Below are positions 45,405 to 56,569 of a stretch of 64,000 bases of DNA, in pieces (positions within the stretch are counted from its first letter, which is position 1; each line of letters opens with the position of its first letter). The stretch is from Gemmatimonadota bacterium. GTDB taxonomy: Bacteria > Gemmatimonadota > Gemmatimonadetes > Gemmatimonadales > GWC2-71-9. The stretch is taken from the NCBI GenBank assembly GCA_029863245.1, contig JAOTVV010000006.1, positions 35,362 through 99,361 of the forward strand. Reading direction: 5' to 3'. The translations under genes were made by a program, and so were the position numbers. The notes under the pieces were generated by a model. It was not told the origin of the DNA. It did not search any database and saw only the letters and a program-made list of their open reading frames with translations.

Positions 45405-45870
45405 TCAGTCACCCCCCGTCCTCCCCAAGCTCAATCCCGACCAGCTCGCGGCATTTGCATCGCAGTGGAACGACCACCCGGGCATGCGCCATATGGGAGC
45501 ACGTCTCGACCTGACCGATCCTGGAACCGTGCGCGCCGTTGTCGACCCGATCAAGCCAGAGCATCGCGGCGGGTTGGGCACCGAAGCCGTGAACGGCGCC
45601 GTCATTGCAGGGGTGTTCGACCTCGTGATCGGCCTCGCGGGTTACCTCCAGACCGCCGGGCGCCGGGCAGGCGTTGCGCAACTCGGCATTCAGTTCCTTC
45701 GCCCGGTCCTCGGGGACCGGTTCGAGGTGCTGGGTCGACCGATACGCGTCGGCAAGACCCTCGTCTTCTGTACGGCCGAACTGCGGGACCAGGATGGCAG
45801 GCCCTGCGCTCGGTGCGATGGGATCGTCGCGGTGGCAGGAGGTGATGTGGGCGCCGGTCCCGCATTCTGA
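45391..45870 (+). CDS. PaaI/hotdog-fold thioesterase
   Basis: Track ORF 45364-45870. I prefer TTG 45391, which lies 5 nt after GGAGGGAG (ATG 45376 is also possible). Motifs HPGMRHMGARLDL, GGLGTEAVNGAVIAGVFD and a hotdog-like C-terminus. Confidence 0.65.
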   Translation: MPTPDQSPPVLPKLNPDQLAAFASQWNDHPGMRHMGARLDLTDPGTVRAVVDPIKPEHRGGLGTEAVNGAVIAGVFDLVIGLAGYLQTAGRRAGVAQLGIQFLRPVLGDRFEVLGRPIRVGKTLVFCTAELRDQDGRPCARCDGIVAVAGGDVGAGPAF

Positions 45871-45872
45871 CA

Positions 45873-47693
45873 ATGGATCCGACAGCGGGATTGAGCGTGG
45901 ACATCTTTCTTGGCCTCGCCGCCATCGTGGTCCTGGGGACCGCTGCCCACTGGTTGTCGTGGCGGCTCCGGCTTCCCGCAATCTTGTTGCTGCTCGTGGT
46001 CGGCTTCCTGGCAGGCCCGGTAACCGGGTTCCTCGATCCAGACGCCATCTTCGCCGACCTCGTCTTTCCCGTCGTCTCGCTCGCGGTGGCGATCATCCTG
46101 TTCGAGGGCGGGTTGAGTCTCGACATCGCCGAGCTCCGCGAGATCGGTGGCGTGGTCCGAAACCTCGTTTCGCTCGGCGTCCTGGTCACCTGGACCCTCG
46201 CCACCCTGCTCGGCCTCCTGCTGCTCGACCTCGACATTGGCCTTGCGTTGCTGCTGGGAGGCGTGCTGGTCGTCACGGGACCGACCGTGATCATCCCTCT
46301 GCTGCGCACCATCCGACCCAACCCTCGAATCGGATCGACCATCAAGTGGGAGGGGATCGTCAACGATCCGATCGGCGCAATCCTCGGAGTTCTCGTGTTC
46401 GAGGCGCTCGTGGCCGGCGGGTTCGAGGCGAGTATTGGCGCGGCCGTGAGTGGGATGCTGAAAGCGAGCGTGATCGGCGTTGTCTTTGGACTGGGCGGTG
46501 CCGCCATCATCGTTGTCGTGCTCCGCCGCCACTGGGCACCCGACTATCTCCAAAACCCGCTCGTGCTGGCACTGGTGATTCTCGTGTTTGCCGTCGCCAA
46601 CGCCATTCAGGACGAGTCGGGCCTGCTGGCGGTCACCGTCATGGGAGCCGCCCTGGCGAGTCAACGATTCGTGAGCGTGCGCCATATCGTAGAATTCAAG
46701 GAGAACTTGCGCGTACTGCTGATCGCCTCGCTTTTCATCATTCTCGCGGCCCGGCTTCCGCTCGAAGACCCCGACTACTGGAGCGCGGGGAGTCTTCTGT
46801 TTCTCGCCGCCCTGATCGTGATTGTGCGTCCGGCAGCCGTGGCCGTCGCAACCTGGCGATCGAGCCTCACGTGGCGCGAGCGCGTGTTTCTTGGCGTGAT
46901 GGCGCCGCGGGGCATCGTCGCCGCGGCCGTGGCCTCGGTCTTTGCCCTCCAGCTCACTGAGGCAGGCTACGCCCAGGCCGAACGCCTCGTGCCGCTCACG
47001 TTTCTCGTCATCGTCGGCACGGTGGGCTTCTACGGAATCGCCGCTCCACTGATTGCGCGCTCACTTGGCATTGCCACACCCAACCCGCAGGGGCTGCTCA
47101 TGATCGGTGCCGCTCCGTGGGTTCGGGAGGTGGCGGCCGTCCTGCGAGAAAAGGGAACGCAGGTGGTGCTTGCCGACTCCAATTGGGCCAACGTCGCGGC
47201 CGCCCGTCGCGAGGGGCTCGAAGCCCTCTACAGCAACGTGCTCACAGAGGGGGGGCTCGAGGAAATCGAGCGTAAGCTGGACGGCGTGGGCCGGTTCCTG
47301 GCCGTCACGCCCAACGACGAGGTTAATGCCCTCGCCACGCTTCACTTCGAGGATCTGTTCGATCGGTCGCAGATGTATCAGCTGCCACCCGATGCCACCG
47401 CGCGGGAGCGCCGCCAACGCGGTATCCCCGAGCATCTCCGGGGCCGATTCCTCTTCGGGCCCGACGCGACGCACGGCGAGATCACACGGCGTTTCGAGTC
47501 GGGGGCGGTCGTCAAGCGAACGCATCTGACGCCGGAATTCGATTTCACGGCGTTCCTCGCGCGAAGCGGTAACGACGCCATCCCCATGTTTGTCCTCAAG
47601 GAATCCGGCGACGTCGTCGTCCTCACGGCCCGCTCGCCTGCCGCGCCCAAGCCGGGGCAGATCCTCGTGAGTCTGGCCCCGGCCGAGGACTGA
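45873..47693 (+). CDS. Cation:proton antiporter (CPA1, Na+/H+ exchanger type) with C-terminal RCK/TrkA-like cytoplasmic domains
   Basis: About 400 aa of transmembrane domain (LFEGGLSLD motif). A soluble C-terminal region follows: LLMIGAAPWVREVAAVLREKGTQVVLADSN. Confidence 0.85.
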   Translation: MDPTAGLSVDIFLGLAAIVVLGTAAHWLSWRLRLPAILLLLVVGFLAGPVTGFLDPDAIFADLVFPVVSLAVAIILFEGGLSLDIAELREIGGVVRNLVSLGVLVTWTLATLLGLLLLDLDIGLALLLGGVLVVTGPTVIIPLLRTIRPNPRIGSTIKWEGIVNDPIGAILGVLVFEALVAGGFEASIGAAVSGMLKASVIGVVFGLGGAAIIVVVLRRHWAPDYLQNPLVLALVILVFAVANAIQDESGLLAVTVMGAALASQRFVSVRHIVEFKENLRVLLIASLFIILAARLPLEDPDYWSAGSLLFLAALIVIVRPAAVAVATWRSSLTWRERVFLGVMAPRGIVAAAVASVFALQLTEAGYAQAERLVPLTFLVIVGTVGFYGIAAPLIARSLGIATPNPQGLLMIGAAPWVREVAAVLREKGTQVVLADSNWANVAAARREGLEALYSNVLTEGGLEEIERKLDGVGRFLAVTPNDEVNALATLHFEDLFDRSQMYQLPPDATARERRQRGIPEHLRGRFLFGPDATHGEITRRFESGAVVKRTHLTPEFDFTAFLARSGNDAIPMFVLKESGDVVVLTARSPAAPKPGQILVSLAPAED

Positions 47694-47819
47694 TCTCCCC
47701 CGGAATCCCCTTTTCCTAGCATCCTCGATCGGAACCATCGCACGCGGTCCCGTTCTTGGTCTCGGAAGTGCTGGGATTGAGCGGACGGCTGCGGTGGCAA
47801 ACGCAGGCAATAGCGCCAA

Positions 47820-50800
47820 TCAGGCTCGACCTTCCGCACTCCCGAGCGGCTGGTCAATCGCCTCACGGACCTTGCCCAACAACTCCGCCACCGTCCACGG
47901 TTTCCGAAGAAACGGCACGTCTCGACCTTCCGGTCGCGCCTTGGAAACGTCTACTTCGGAGTACCCGCTCGTAAAGAGGAACTTCACGGCGTAGCCCCGC
48001 GTTTGGGCAGCTTCGAACAGCTGCATGCCACTGAGCTTGGGCATGACGAGGTCGGTGATGACGAGGTCGAGACTCGGCCCGTGATCGCGCAGGAACTCCA
48101 TCGCCTGTTGGCCGTTTTCCGCCGTGAGCACCCGGTATCCCTGCCGTTCCAGGATTCGCTGCACCGACCGCCGGATGGCCGCCTCATCCTCCACCACCAG
48201 GATGGTCTCTGTGCCGGTGGGCATGTCCTCGGACACCGCGGGCTCCGGGAGCACCTGCTCTTCGGTCGATGTCGGCACGTAGATCCTGAAGGTCGTGCCG
48301 AGCGCGGGCTCGCTGTACACGTTGATGTAGCCGGCGTGCTGCTTCACTAGTCCATAGACCATGGCGAGGCCAAGGCCCGTCCCTTGCCCCTGGGGTTTCG
48401 TCGTGAAGAACGGCTCGAAGATCCGCTCACGCGTGCGGGCATCCATCCCGGTCCCCGTGTCGCTCACCGACAGGCATTCGTACTCGCCTGGGACCCCCCA
48501 CCCGTGCGTCGTCCGATACTGCTCGTCGAGGGCGGCGTGGCGCGTCTCGATCCGGAGCACGCCACCTGCCGGCATCGCATCGCGCGCATTCGTCGCGAGA
48601 TTGAGCAGGATCTGCTCCATCGCACTGGGATTGGCATGGGCGAATCCGGCGTTCCCGGTCTCCAAGCGAATCTCGATGTTCTCGGGAAGCAGGCGACGGA
48701 GCATGGTCGACACCTGCCGGACGAATTGGCTCAGGTCCAGCGGTGACCGGTCGAGCTGTTCGCGACGGCCGAACGTCATGAGTTGCTTGATCATGTCGGT
48801 GGCGCGTCGCGCGGCCTTGCCGATCTCGTCGACGTCCTGGAGCACCTCGGTCTGCTCCGGCGGCAACGATTCCTGCAGCAGCTCCGTATTGGCCAGAATG
48901 GCAGTGAGGATGTTGTTAAAGTCGTGTGCGATACCGGCAGTGAGCTGGCCAACGGCCTCCATTTTTTGCGCGTGCCGCAGTTGGCTCTCCAGAGCCCGAC
49001 GCTCGGTGATGTCCTCGGCCACCATCTCGAAGTACTGCGCCCGACCGTTCGTGTCGTGGACCGGCCGGCCGCTGAGCCGCACCGCGAACAGGCTCCCGTC
49101 CTTGCGCCGCCACGTCGCCTCCACGCCGTCGATGCGATCGGCACCCGAGAACTCCTTGACGAGCCTGGCGCGCTCGGCTGCCCGGGCATAGACCTCTTTG
49201 GCCAAGTCGAGCTTCAGGACCTCTGCCTCGTCGTCGTAGCCGAGCATCTCCACCAGCGCTGGATTGGCCGCGAGGAACCTCCCTTCGGGACTCGAGCGAT
49301 AGATGCCGTAGAGCGCATGATCGATCAGGGCTCGCAGGCTCGACGCCGACTGCTTGAGCGCGGCCTCCGCCTTCTTGCGCTCGGTGATGTCACGAATGAC
49401 CCAACTGAAGAACTGCTGTCCCTGCACCTCCCACGATCCTACCGATATCTCCACGGGGAGCGTCGACCCGTCGCGTCGCCGTCCCACCGCCTCGATGATG
49501 CTCCCCGAGAGATCCATCGGCGCCACAGGTTGCTCGGGGGCCTCGGGGTCGCTCTCGGTCGGCTTACTAGATGGATCCGGGATGAGCTTCGCGATCGGCA
49601 GCAGGTGCATCTCGGCGCGGGAGTAGCCAAAGACCTGCTCCGCCGCATGGTTGCAGAACACGATGCGTCCCTGCGCGTCCGCGACGAGGATGGAATCGAC
49701 GGCCGATTCCGCCACGGCCCGGAACCGGTCCTCCCGCTCCCGCAGTGCTTCCTCCGCCGCCTTCCGCTCGGTCACATCGTGTGCCACCCTGATGAGGAGA
49801 TTGTACGGACCTTGGCTGTCGGTCCATTCCAGGCGCCGTTGCTGCCCTCGAACATCCACCACGACCCGCTCGTACGGACGGTCTCCGAGTGGCTCGCGGC
49901 CCGCAGCCTTCGACGCCACGAGGGTTTGCTCCCGCTCTCGTTCTTGTGGGTCGCTCACTGTCAGACGCCACCACCCATCTTCCAAGCACTCGTGTGGATC
50001 CAGGCCGAGAATCCGTCGCACCGACGGACTGACGTACCGAATCTCCCCGGTATCGTCAGCCACCACCACGAGATTTCCTACCGACTGCAAGATGCTGTCG
50101 GAGAGGCGCATCTTTGCTTCTGACTGTCGCCGTCTGGTGATGTCCTCCACCATGGCCACGACGAATTGCAGATTACCCTGCTCGTCGAGCAAGAGGGAAA
50201 GGGTCAGTCGCCCCCAGACCAGTGACCCGTCCTTGCGTAGGTACCGATTCTCGAGCACACCCACGGGCTGTCCTGTCTCGATCATCCGTCGCTTGAGCTC
50301 GAGCACTTCGGCGTAGTCCTTGGGATGACTGACGTCGGCGAGGGTCATCGCGAAGAGTTCATCCCGCGAATATCCGAGAAACCGTTCGATCGCCTCGTTG
50401 CAGCTCACGAACATGTTCTCGGGATCGACGATGGTCACGCCGATCCCAGCTCCCTCGAATACGGCTCGAAATCGATCCTGACTCTCTTTGAGCGCCTGCT
50501 CAGCCCCTCGGCGCTCGGTGATGTCTTCGCCGGACGAGAGCGTCCCCATCGGGACCCCATTGCTGTGCCGCAGGACGACGTTATGCCACGCGATGAGGCG
50601 GCGGGCGCCGCTGCGGGTCAGGATCGCGTTCTCGTAGTACTCCGGCAGGCCACCATCTCCCGACATCGCCGCCTCGAACACCGACCGAACGGTTTCCACT
50701 TCGTCCTGCGGCAGACAGGTCTCGAACCAGGGTTTCCCCACGATGGCCGACTCGCGCTCGTAGCCGAGAAGCCCGAGGCCTTTGCGGTTGACCAGTGCCA

Positions 50801-51359
50801 CCTTCCCCTGACGGTCTAGTCCTACGAAGATGACTTCGGCGAGGTCGAGATACTGCTGCGTTTGGCTCCACACCCTGCGCAGCTCTTCGGCCGACCGCGG
50901 GCGCTCGGTGATATCCCGGACGGCGAGCATGATGCAACCGAACGCGGGGTCGGCGAGCCGGTTGTTGCCGAGCACCTCGACCTCTCGCCAGGAGCCGTCG
51001 GCGTGCCGCACGCGGAGTTCGCGCGGCGGAGCCGAGCCCGTCTGTTCGAGCCCCTCCGCAAACGCCTGCTTGGCTCGAGGAAGATCGGTCGGATGCACCA
51101 GATCGAAGACGCTCTGGCCGACAACTGCGCTCTGTGGGTAACCCAACACCGCCGTGATCGCCGGGCTGACGTACGTGACGCAGCCAGCCTCGTCGAGCAT
51201 CACGACGATATCTCGGTCGAGCGCGAGTTCGACGACGGCCTGCCAGTCTAGCTGTCGATCCGGCCGGTCAGGTACCGTCTTGTGGGTTGGCCTGCGTCGC
51301 CACCACGCCAGCATCGGCACCGCTGCGGCTAGCACCGCTCCCAGATCGGCCGCGCTCAC
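47820..51359 (-). CDS. Hybrid sensor histidine kinase: 1 TM, about 6 PAS domains, HisKA, HATPase_c, REC
   Basis: By eye there are six PAS cores, for example [77 protein letters not shown] and [16 protein letters not shown]-box [14 protein letters not shown]-box [23 protein letters not shown]...LVITDLVMP. Confidence 0.9.
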   Translation of the reverse strand: MSAADLGAVLAAAVPMLAWWRRRPTHKTVPDRPDRQLDWQAVVELALDRDIVVMLDEAGCVTYVSPAITAVLGYPQSAVVGQSVFDLVHPTDLPRAKQAFAEGLEQTGSAPPRELRVRHADGSWREVEVLGNNRLADPAFGCIMLAVRDITERPRSAEELRRVWSQTQQYLDLAEVIFVGLDRQGKVALVNRKGLGLLGYERESAIVGKPWFETCLPQDEVETVRSVFEAAMSGDGGLPEYYENAILTRSGARRLIAWHNVVLRHSNGVPMGTLSSGEDITERRGAEQALKESQDRFRAVFEGAGIGVTIVDPENMFVSCNEAIERFLGYSRDELFAMTLADVSHPKDYAEVLELKRRMIETGQPVGVLENRYLRKDGSLVWGRLTLSLLLDEQGNLQFVVAMVEDITRRRQSEAKMRLSDSILQSVGNLVVVADDTGEIRYVSPSVRRILGLDPHECLEDGWWRLTVSDPQEREREQTLVASKAAGREPLGDRPYERVVVDVRGQQRRLEWTDSQGPYNLLIRVAHDVTERKAAEEALREREDRFRAVAESAVDSILVADAQGRIVFCNHAAEQVFGYSRAEMHLLPIAKLIPDPSSKPTESDPEAPEQPVAPMDLSGSIIEAVGRRRDGSTLPVEISVGSWEVQGQQFFSWVIRDITERKKAEAALKQSASSLRALIDHALYGIYRSSPEGRFLAANPALVEMLGYDDEAEVLKLDLAKEVYARAAERARLVKEFSGADRIDGVEATWRRKDGSLFAVRLSGRPVHDTNGRAQYFEMVAEDITERRALESQLRHAQKMEAVGQLTAGIAHDFNNILTAILANTELLQESLPPEQTEVLQDVDEIGKAARRATDMIKQLMTFGRREQLDRSPLDLSQFVRQVSTMLRRLLPENIEIRLETGNAGFAHANPSAMEQILLNLATNARDAMPAGGVLRIETRHAALDEQYRTTHGWGVPGEYECLSVSDTGTGMDARTRERIFEPFFTTKPQGQGTGLGLAMVYGLVKQHAGYINVYSEPALGTTFRIYVPTSTEEQVLPEPAVSEDMPTGTETILVVEDEAAIRRSVQRILERQGYRVLTAENGQQAMEFLRDHGPSLDLVITDLVMPKLSGMQLFEAAQTRGYAVKFLFTSGYSEVDVSKARPEGRDVPFLRKPWTVAELLGKVREAIDQPLGSAEGRA

Positions 51360-51385
51360 GGGGTGCGTGTCTCCACTCCGCCTCC

Positions 51386-51781
51386 CTACCGCGATTCGGC
51401 GGCCATCACCAGCAGAGCCGCGAGGGCGGCCTCGAATTCGGTGGACTTGTCGAAGAAGTACGCTGCGCCGAGGGCGCGACAGCGTGTGCGGTAGGCTGCA
51501 TAGGGAAAGTTCGTCAGGACCATCACCTTGGGCGGCGAATCGAACTCCTGCAGGCGCTGCAGAACCGTGATGCCGCTCAGTCCGGGCATGCGGATGTCTA
51601 AGATGACGACATCAGGCTTCGTCTCCTGTGCCACCACCAACCCCGTCTCACCGTCCGATGCCTCGCCGACGACGTTCACGGCCTCGACCTCGGCGAGCAT
51701 CGCCACCAGTCGCTGCCGGATGACATCCGAGTCATCGACGATCAGCACGCTCAGCACTCGCCCACCTATTGCTGTTGCCAT
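51386..51781 (-). CDS. Single-domain (CheY-like) response regulator
   Basis: Track ORF 51386-51820, with the start moved to ATG 51781. REC motifs are VLIVDDSDVIRQRL and PDVVILDIRMPGLSG. No output domain. Confidence 0.85.
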   Translation of the reverse strand: MATAIGGRVLSVLIVDDSDVIRQRLVAMLAEVEAVNVVGEASDGETGLVVAQETKPDVVILDIRMPGLSGITVLQRLQEFDSPPKVMVLTNFPYAAYRTRCRALGAAYFFDKSTEFEAALAALLVMAAESR

Positions 51782-51952
51782 ATGGTTTTTCCCACCCAAG
51801 TGCCATGGTATCCTCCTCATGGGACGATAGCCTGCGGGCGGGACAGCGCGCAGTAAGCTCGGGACGGGTGAGGTCGTACGAAGAGGGGAGCGGACCCGGT
51901 CGGTCGAGTCCGACGCGTGTAGGGAATGTCTTACATGGCGAGCGTTAGCCGG

Positions 51953-52585
51953 TCAGGCCGTCAGTCCCTGCTCGATGGCATAGCGAATCAGTTCCGCGGT
52001 GGTCTTCAACCCGAGCTTGTTCAGGACCCGTGCCCGGTACGTGCTCACCGTCTTCGGACTCAAGGACATCTCGGCCGCGATTTCCTTGAGGCTCGTACCG
52101 GCGCCGAGACTCACGAGAACCTGATACTCCCGCTCCGATAGCCGATCGTGCAGGGGCCGATCGTACTCCGGATCGAGCTCGAAGGCCAAGGCTTCAGCCA
52201 GCGTCGAGGTCACGTACCGTGCACCCTGGTGGACACGCCGAATGGCTTCCGCCAACTCGCCGGGCGTGTGGTTCTTCGTCAGATAGCCGGCGGCTCCGGC
52301 CCGAAACGATCGCAGCGCGTACTGGTCTTCGGGGTGCGCGCTCACGACAAGCACTCGCAAGCGCGGATACGTCGAGCGCAGACGCTGCATCATCTCGAGA
52401 AACGGCAGGCCGGGCATGGAGATGTCCAGCAAAAGGACGTCTGCTGTCACGTCCTGCAGGAGTTCCTGAAGGCGATCGCCGTCAGCCGCTTCGCCCACGA
52501 CGGTCATGTCGGGATGCTCCGCGACGATGCGATGCAATCCCTCGCGAACGATCGGATGATCGTCGGCAATCACCAGACGAATCAC
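51953..52585 (-). CDS. NarL/FixJ (LuxR-type HTH) response regulator
   Basis: Track ORF 51953-52975. GTG 52585 overlaps the upstream kinase stop (GTGA). REC motifs are IRLVIADDHPIVREGL and VLLLDISMPG. The LuxR HTH is LSEREYQVLVSLGAGTSLKEIAAEMSLSPKTVSTYRARVLNKLG. Confidence 0.9.
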   Translation of the reverse strand: MIRLVIADDHPIVREGLHRIVAEHPDMTVVGEAADGDRLQELLQDVTADVLLLDISMPGLPFLEMMQRLRSTYPRLRVLVVSAHPEDQYALRSFRAGAAGYLTKNHTPGELAEAIRRVHQGARYVTSTLAEALAFELDPEYDRPLHDRLSEREYQVLVSLGAGTSLKEIAAEMSLSPKTVSTYRARVLNKLGLKTTAELIRYAIEQGLTA

Positions 52586-55500
52586 GGGGACCCCTTTTCT
52601 CGCCCGACGCGTGACAGGGGTAGACTCGCCCGCACGATCGTTCCGGCCCCGTCGCTGGACTCGATGTCCAGTGTGCCATCGAGCGCTGCGGCTCGCTCTC
52701 GCATGCCGATGAGACCGAGTGACCGAGTCCCGTCGAGGTTCAGTGCTGCGATGCCCTGCCCGTTGTCGTGCACCTCGAGCACCATGGCCCGGTCGCTGGT
52801 CCGCAGATCCACGACGACCTGGGATGCCTGCGAATGCCGGATGACGTTGGTGAGCGCCTCCTGCAAGATGCGGAAGAGGGCGGTGGCGCCGTCCCGGTTG
52901 ATCTCGACCTCCTCGACGTGTGCCACCACCTGGACCCCACTGCCAGCGCGACGCTGGAAATCGGCCGCCTGCCACTCGACAGCCGCCGAGAGGCCAAGAT
53001 CATCCAGCACCGACGGTCGGAGCCGAGATGACAGGTCACGCACCACATCGATGGTCTCGTCCACCAACGTCGTGAGCACCTGTCCACGCGCTCGCACCGC
53101 TTTCCAGTGCTTGGGAAACCGTCCAATGAGCCAGGTCAGATCCATCTTGATGCCGGTCAACGCCTGGCCGAGCTCGTCGTGGATCTCCCGTGCGATGGCT
53201 GTCCGCTCCTCCTCACGAACCGCTTGGAGCCGTGCCGCGAGTTGACGAAGTTGCTCTCGGGACCGGCGGACGGCCTCCTCTGCCCGCTTCCGCTCGGTAA
53301 CGTCGGTCGCGAACCACAGCATGTGACGCTCACCGTCGAGCTCGATGAACTCCGTAGAGAGCTGCACATCGTGGATGCCGCCAAGGCGGTCTCGCACCTG
53401 GCGGTCGACCCGCCGCATGCGCCCCGACTGCCGCAGTGCGTTCAACCAGGCTTCGCGCTCCCCCTCGTCTCCCCAAAAACCGAGGTCCGCTGCAGAATGC
53501 CCCACGGCCTCCTCTCGGGAATAGCCAGACAGCTTGGTGAACGCCTCGTTGATCTCGACGATCCGGCCATCGGTCGCTCGAGTGATGGCGATCGCGTCGG
53601 GGCTGAGCCCGAAGGCCTTGCGAAGGCGCTCCTGCGACGCCTGCAGCGCTTCCTCGGCCTGTTTGCGCGCGGTGATGTCGTAGAACGTCGTGTACGCCCG
53701 GTACGGTTCCGTCTCGCCCACGCGAAACTCCGGCACCGCGTTGATGTCGATCCAGCGCTGTCGCTCGCTCCTGGGATGGTAGACGCCCATGATCACGTTG
53801 CGGACAGCCATTCCGGTGCGCAGCGCCACCATGGATGGATGCTCGTCGGCCGGGAACGGCGAACCATCCTCACGCACCGATCGCCAACGGGGATCGGCAA
53901 AGGTTCGACCTTCCATCTCCGCCAGCGTGAGGCCGAGAATGCGCTCAGCGGCCGGATTGACGTCCACGATCACGCCCTTCCCATCCTGATACGTAACGCC
54001 TTGTGTCATGGTCTCGAACAGACGACGATGCCGTCCCTCGCTCTCGCGGAGCGCTGTGAGGGTCTCCATGCGCTCGGTGACGTCACGTGCTACCCCGAAC
54101 ATGCGGGTGACTCGCCCGTCAGCGTCCATCTGGGGCACCACTCGGTCTTCCATCCACCGATACTCTCCCGAGTCACGCTGCCGCAGACGGTATTCCCGGG
54201 TCACTCCCTCGCCGCTCTCCAGGACCCGCATCGTGGTCTCCGCGACTCGCTCTCGATCGTGAGGATGAACGGCCTGACCCCAGAGCTCGGGGTTGCGCAC
54301 GAAATCCTCACTGGTATACCCCAGAATCTGCTGCGTCCGGTCGGAGACGAACGTCACGGTGCCGGCCATGGGCTGTGCGGGGTCGATGTCGACTGCGTAG
54401 ACCACCTCGTCAATCTGCGCGAGCACCATGCGAAACTGCTCCTCACTCTCGCGCAACCGGAGTTCCGCCTGCTTGCGATCGGTCACGTCGATCTGGATGC
54501 CGTACATGGCGATGGGCTTCCCGTCATCGTCACACCGGATGCGCCCCCTGTCTCTCAACCAACGGACGGTGCCGTCGGGCCACCGCACGCGGTAGTCGGT
54601 GTCGAGGTCGCGCCTCCCGGCGACGGCATCCTCGACGTCTCGTTGCGCCGCGGCGCGGTCGGCCGGGTGGACGCTCTCGAGCCACCGTGTATAGCTGGGC
54701 TCCACCGAGTCCGGCTCGAATCCCAACAAGCGGTAGTTCTCTTCCGACCACGATACGGCGTTGGTTTGCATGTCCCAGTGCCATGCGCCCGCCTGCGCCG
54801 CTGCCAGTGCCTGTCGGAGGCGCTCCTCCCGATCCTGCAGTGCGGCTTCGGTACGTTTCCGGCTCGAGATGTCCTGAACGATCGAGAGCAGCGCGGGCTG
54901 GCCGTTGAAGAGCACGGGCTGGATGTTCATTAAGCTGTCGTAGAACCCTCCCCGCCTCCGCTTGAAGCGCACTTCATGCTGGCGGACTGCACCTCCCTCT
55001 GCGAGCGCATGGAAGACGCGCTCTCGATCGGCGGGATCGTAGTACAGGTCGGCGACGGTCTCCATCTGCTCGATGTCATCCGTCCCGTAGCCACCCGGCT
55101 CGAGCATCGCTGGGTTGAACGCCAGGAGATGCCCTTCGGTATCCGCGATGCCGATCCCTACCGGCGAGTGCTCGAACAGGATCCGGTACTTCTCCTCGCT
55201 CTCGCGGAGAGCGCTCTCTGCGCGCTTGCGGTCCGTCACGTCCTGGATCGACCCTCGCAGACCGCGGACCTGGCCGTCGGGCCCCATGACGGCCTCCCCA
55301 CGACCCAACACGTGCTGTACCGAGCCGTCCGCGTGGAGGAGTCGGTGCTCGAACTCGAACGGTTGCCCGGTACGTTCGGCTCGCTCGATGAGCCGCTCCA
55401 CATGTTCTCGGTCGTCGGGATGAAACGTCTCCAGAAAGTGCGCGTGCGATGGCCGCGTGTCTTCCGGGACACCGACAAAGCGATACATCTGCTCCGACCA

Positions 55501-56529
55501 AACCACCGTGCCGCTCGCGGCGTCCCATTCCCAACTGGCGAGCGATGCGAGCCGCTGCGCCTCCGCGAGCCGCCGCTCGCTTTGCCGCAAGGCTTCTTCG
55601 TTCATTCGGCTGGCTGTCACATCCATCACGGTGCCGGCAAGACGCACCACCCTCCCATTGTCACGGCCGGTTGGGCGGCCCCGAACTGCGAGCCACCGAA
55701 CCGACCCATCTCTCGTCGCGATGCGGTGATCGATGACGAGCGCGGCCTCGCCGCTCCGCGCCCTGCGCCACGCATCGTGGACCGCCTCACGATCCTCCGC
55801 TGGCACGAGACCGAGGTACACATCGAACGCCCCGGCGACGCGACCCGAGTCGAGGCCGAAGACCCGCTCCGCACCCTCTCCCCACCGCATCGCATCACTC
55901 TCAAGATCGAGTTCCCAGGTCCCGACCCGGGCAGCCTCCAGCGTCATCCTCAGTTGCTCAGCGTAGCGCCGCCGTTGCTCGTTTGCGGAGACGCCAACCT
56001 CCACGAACAGCGTGACGGCCGCCAAGGACCCCGCCACCCCCATCCAAAGCCGTCCTTGGGTGACAGCCACCTCGGGCAGGACCCCGGCACTATCACCCCA
56101 CACGAAGCCCAGGGCAGCGAGGGCTCCGAGAACGGCAAAGACGACCGCCGCACGGCGCCCCACCAGGTATCCCGCCGCCACCACCACGACCGGATAGCTC
56201 AGCACGGCCGGAGCCCGGATGCCACCGAACAGCGCGGCCCCGACGGTGATGATGATCCAAGCCACGCTGGTGAACCCGATGCTCACACCGCGAAGCGCAC
56301 CGCGTCGTACCAGCCACAGAGCGACAAGTGTCGTGGCGAGGAGGGTCGAGTGCAGCGCCCAGACCGGACCCGGTCGATCCGTCATCAGCGGCGTGAGCGG
56401 AAACAACGGCAAGAGCACGGCCGCCGTCCCCAGAAGCACCCAATGCATCAGCCACGCACTGCGTGTCTTCTCGGGATCCTCGAACCGTCTCGGCCCGAGC
56501 AGTCGCCACAATGAGGAGGAGGACTTCAT
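52582..56529 (-). CDS. Membrane sensor histidine kinase: N-terminal multi-TM domain, about 7 PAS domains, HisKA_3, HATPase_c
   Basis: About 190 aa of hydrophobic N-terminus. Seven PAS cores by eye: GTWELDL, ASWEWDA, VGIGIAD, GAWHWDM, VVYAVDI, GVTYQDG and DAIAITR. NarX-type H-box IAREIHDELGQAL. ATPase motif LGLIGMRERAAALDGTL. Confidence 0.9.
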   Translation of the reverse strand: MKSSSSLWRLLGPRRFEDPEKTRSAWLMHWVLLGTAAVLLPLFPLTPLMTDRPGPVWALHSTLLATTLVALWLVRRGALRGVSIGFTSVAWIIITVGAALFGGIRAPAVLSYPVVVVAAGYLVGRRAAVVFAVLGALAALGFVWGDSAGVLPEVAVTQGRLWMGVAGSLAAVTLFVEVGVSANEQRRRYAEQLRMTLEAARVGTWELDLESDAMRWGEGAERVFGLDSGRVAGAFDVYLGLVPAEDREAVHDAWRRARSGEAALVIDHRIATRDGSVRWLAVRGRPTGRDNGRVVRLAGTVMDVTASRMNEEALRQSERRLAEAQRLASLASWEWDAASGTVVWSEQMYRFVGVPEDTRPSHAHFLETFHPDDREHVERLIERAERTGQPFEFEHRLLHADGSVQHVLGRGEAVMGPDGQVRGLRGSIQDVTDRKRAESALRESEEKYRILFEHSPVGIGIADTEGHLLAFNPAMLEPGGYGTDDIEQMETVADLYYDPADRERVFHALAEGGAVRQHEVRFKRRRGGFYDSLMNIQPVLFNGQPALLSIVQDISSRKRTEAALQDREERLRQALAAAQAGAWHWDMQTNAVSWSEENYRLLGFEPDSVEPSYTRWLESVHPADRAAAQRDVEDAVAGRRDLDTDYRVRWPDGTVRWLRDRGRIRCDDDGKPIAMYGIQIDVTDRKQAELRLRESEEQFRMVLAQIDEVVYAVDIDPAQPMAGTVTFVSDRTQQILGYTSEDFVRNPELWGQAVHPHDRERVAETTMRVLESGEGVTREYRLRQRDSGEYRWMEDRVVPQMDADGRVTRMFGVARDVTERMETLTALRESEGRHRRLFETMTQGVTYQDGKGVIVDVNPAAERILGLTLAEMEGRTFADPRWRSVREDGSPFPADEHPSMVALRTGMAVRNVIMGVYHPRSERQRWIDINAVPEFRVGETEPYRAYTTFYDITARKQAEEALQASQERLRKAFGLSPDAIAITRATDGRIVEINEAFTKLSGYSREEAVGHSAADLGFWGDEGEREAWLNALRQSGRMRRVDRQVRDRLGGIHDVQLSTEFIELDGERHMLWFATDVTERKRAEEAVRRSREQLRQLAARLQAVREEERTAIAREIHDELGQALTGIKMDLTWLIGRFPKHWKAVRARGQVLTTLVDETIDVVRDLSSRLRPSVLDDLGLSAAVEWQAADFQRRAGSGVQVVAHVEEVEINRDGATALFRILQEALTNVIRHSQASQVVVDLRTSDRAMVLEVHDNGQGIAALNLDGTRSLGLIGMRERAAALDGTLDIESSDGAGTIVRASLPLSRVGREKGSP

Positions 56530-56569
56530 GTCATGCGCCTGTGGTTGAAGAACATGCTACGTCCCAATC

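Noticed and set aside
45602-47693. Alternate-frame and antisense ORFs over the antiporter: 45602-46510 (-), 45674-46960 (+) and 45690-46685 (-)
   Set aside because: Only the 45873-47693 frame yields a coherent polytopic membrane protein with a soluble RCK-like tail.
53107-56514. Plus-strand ORFs of 608 aa (53107-54933) and 512 aa (54976-56514)
   Set aside because: They are antisense to the 1315-aa PAS kinase, whose repeated PAS cores and H-box are unmistakable. Long open antisense frames are expected in GC-rich repeats of similar domains.
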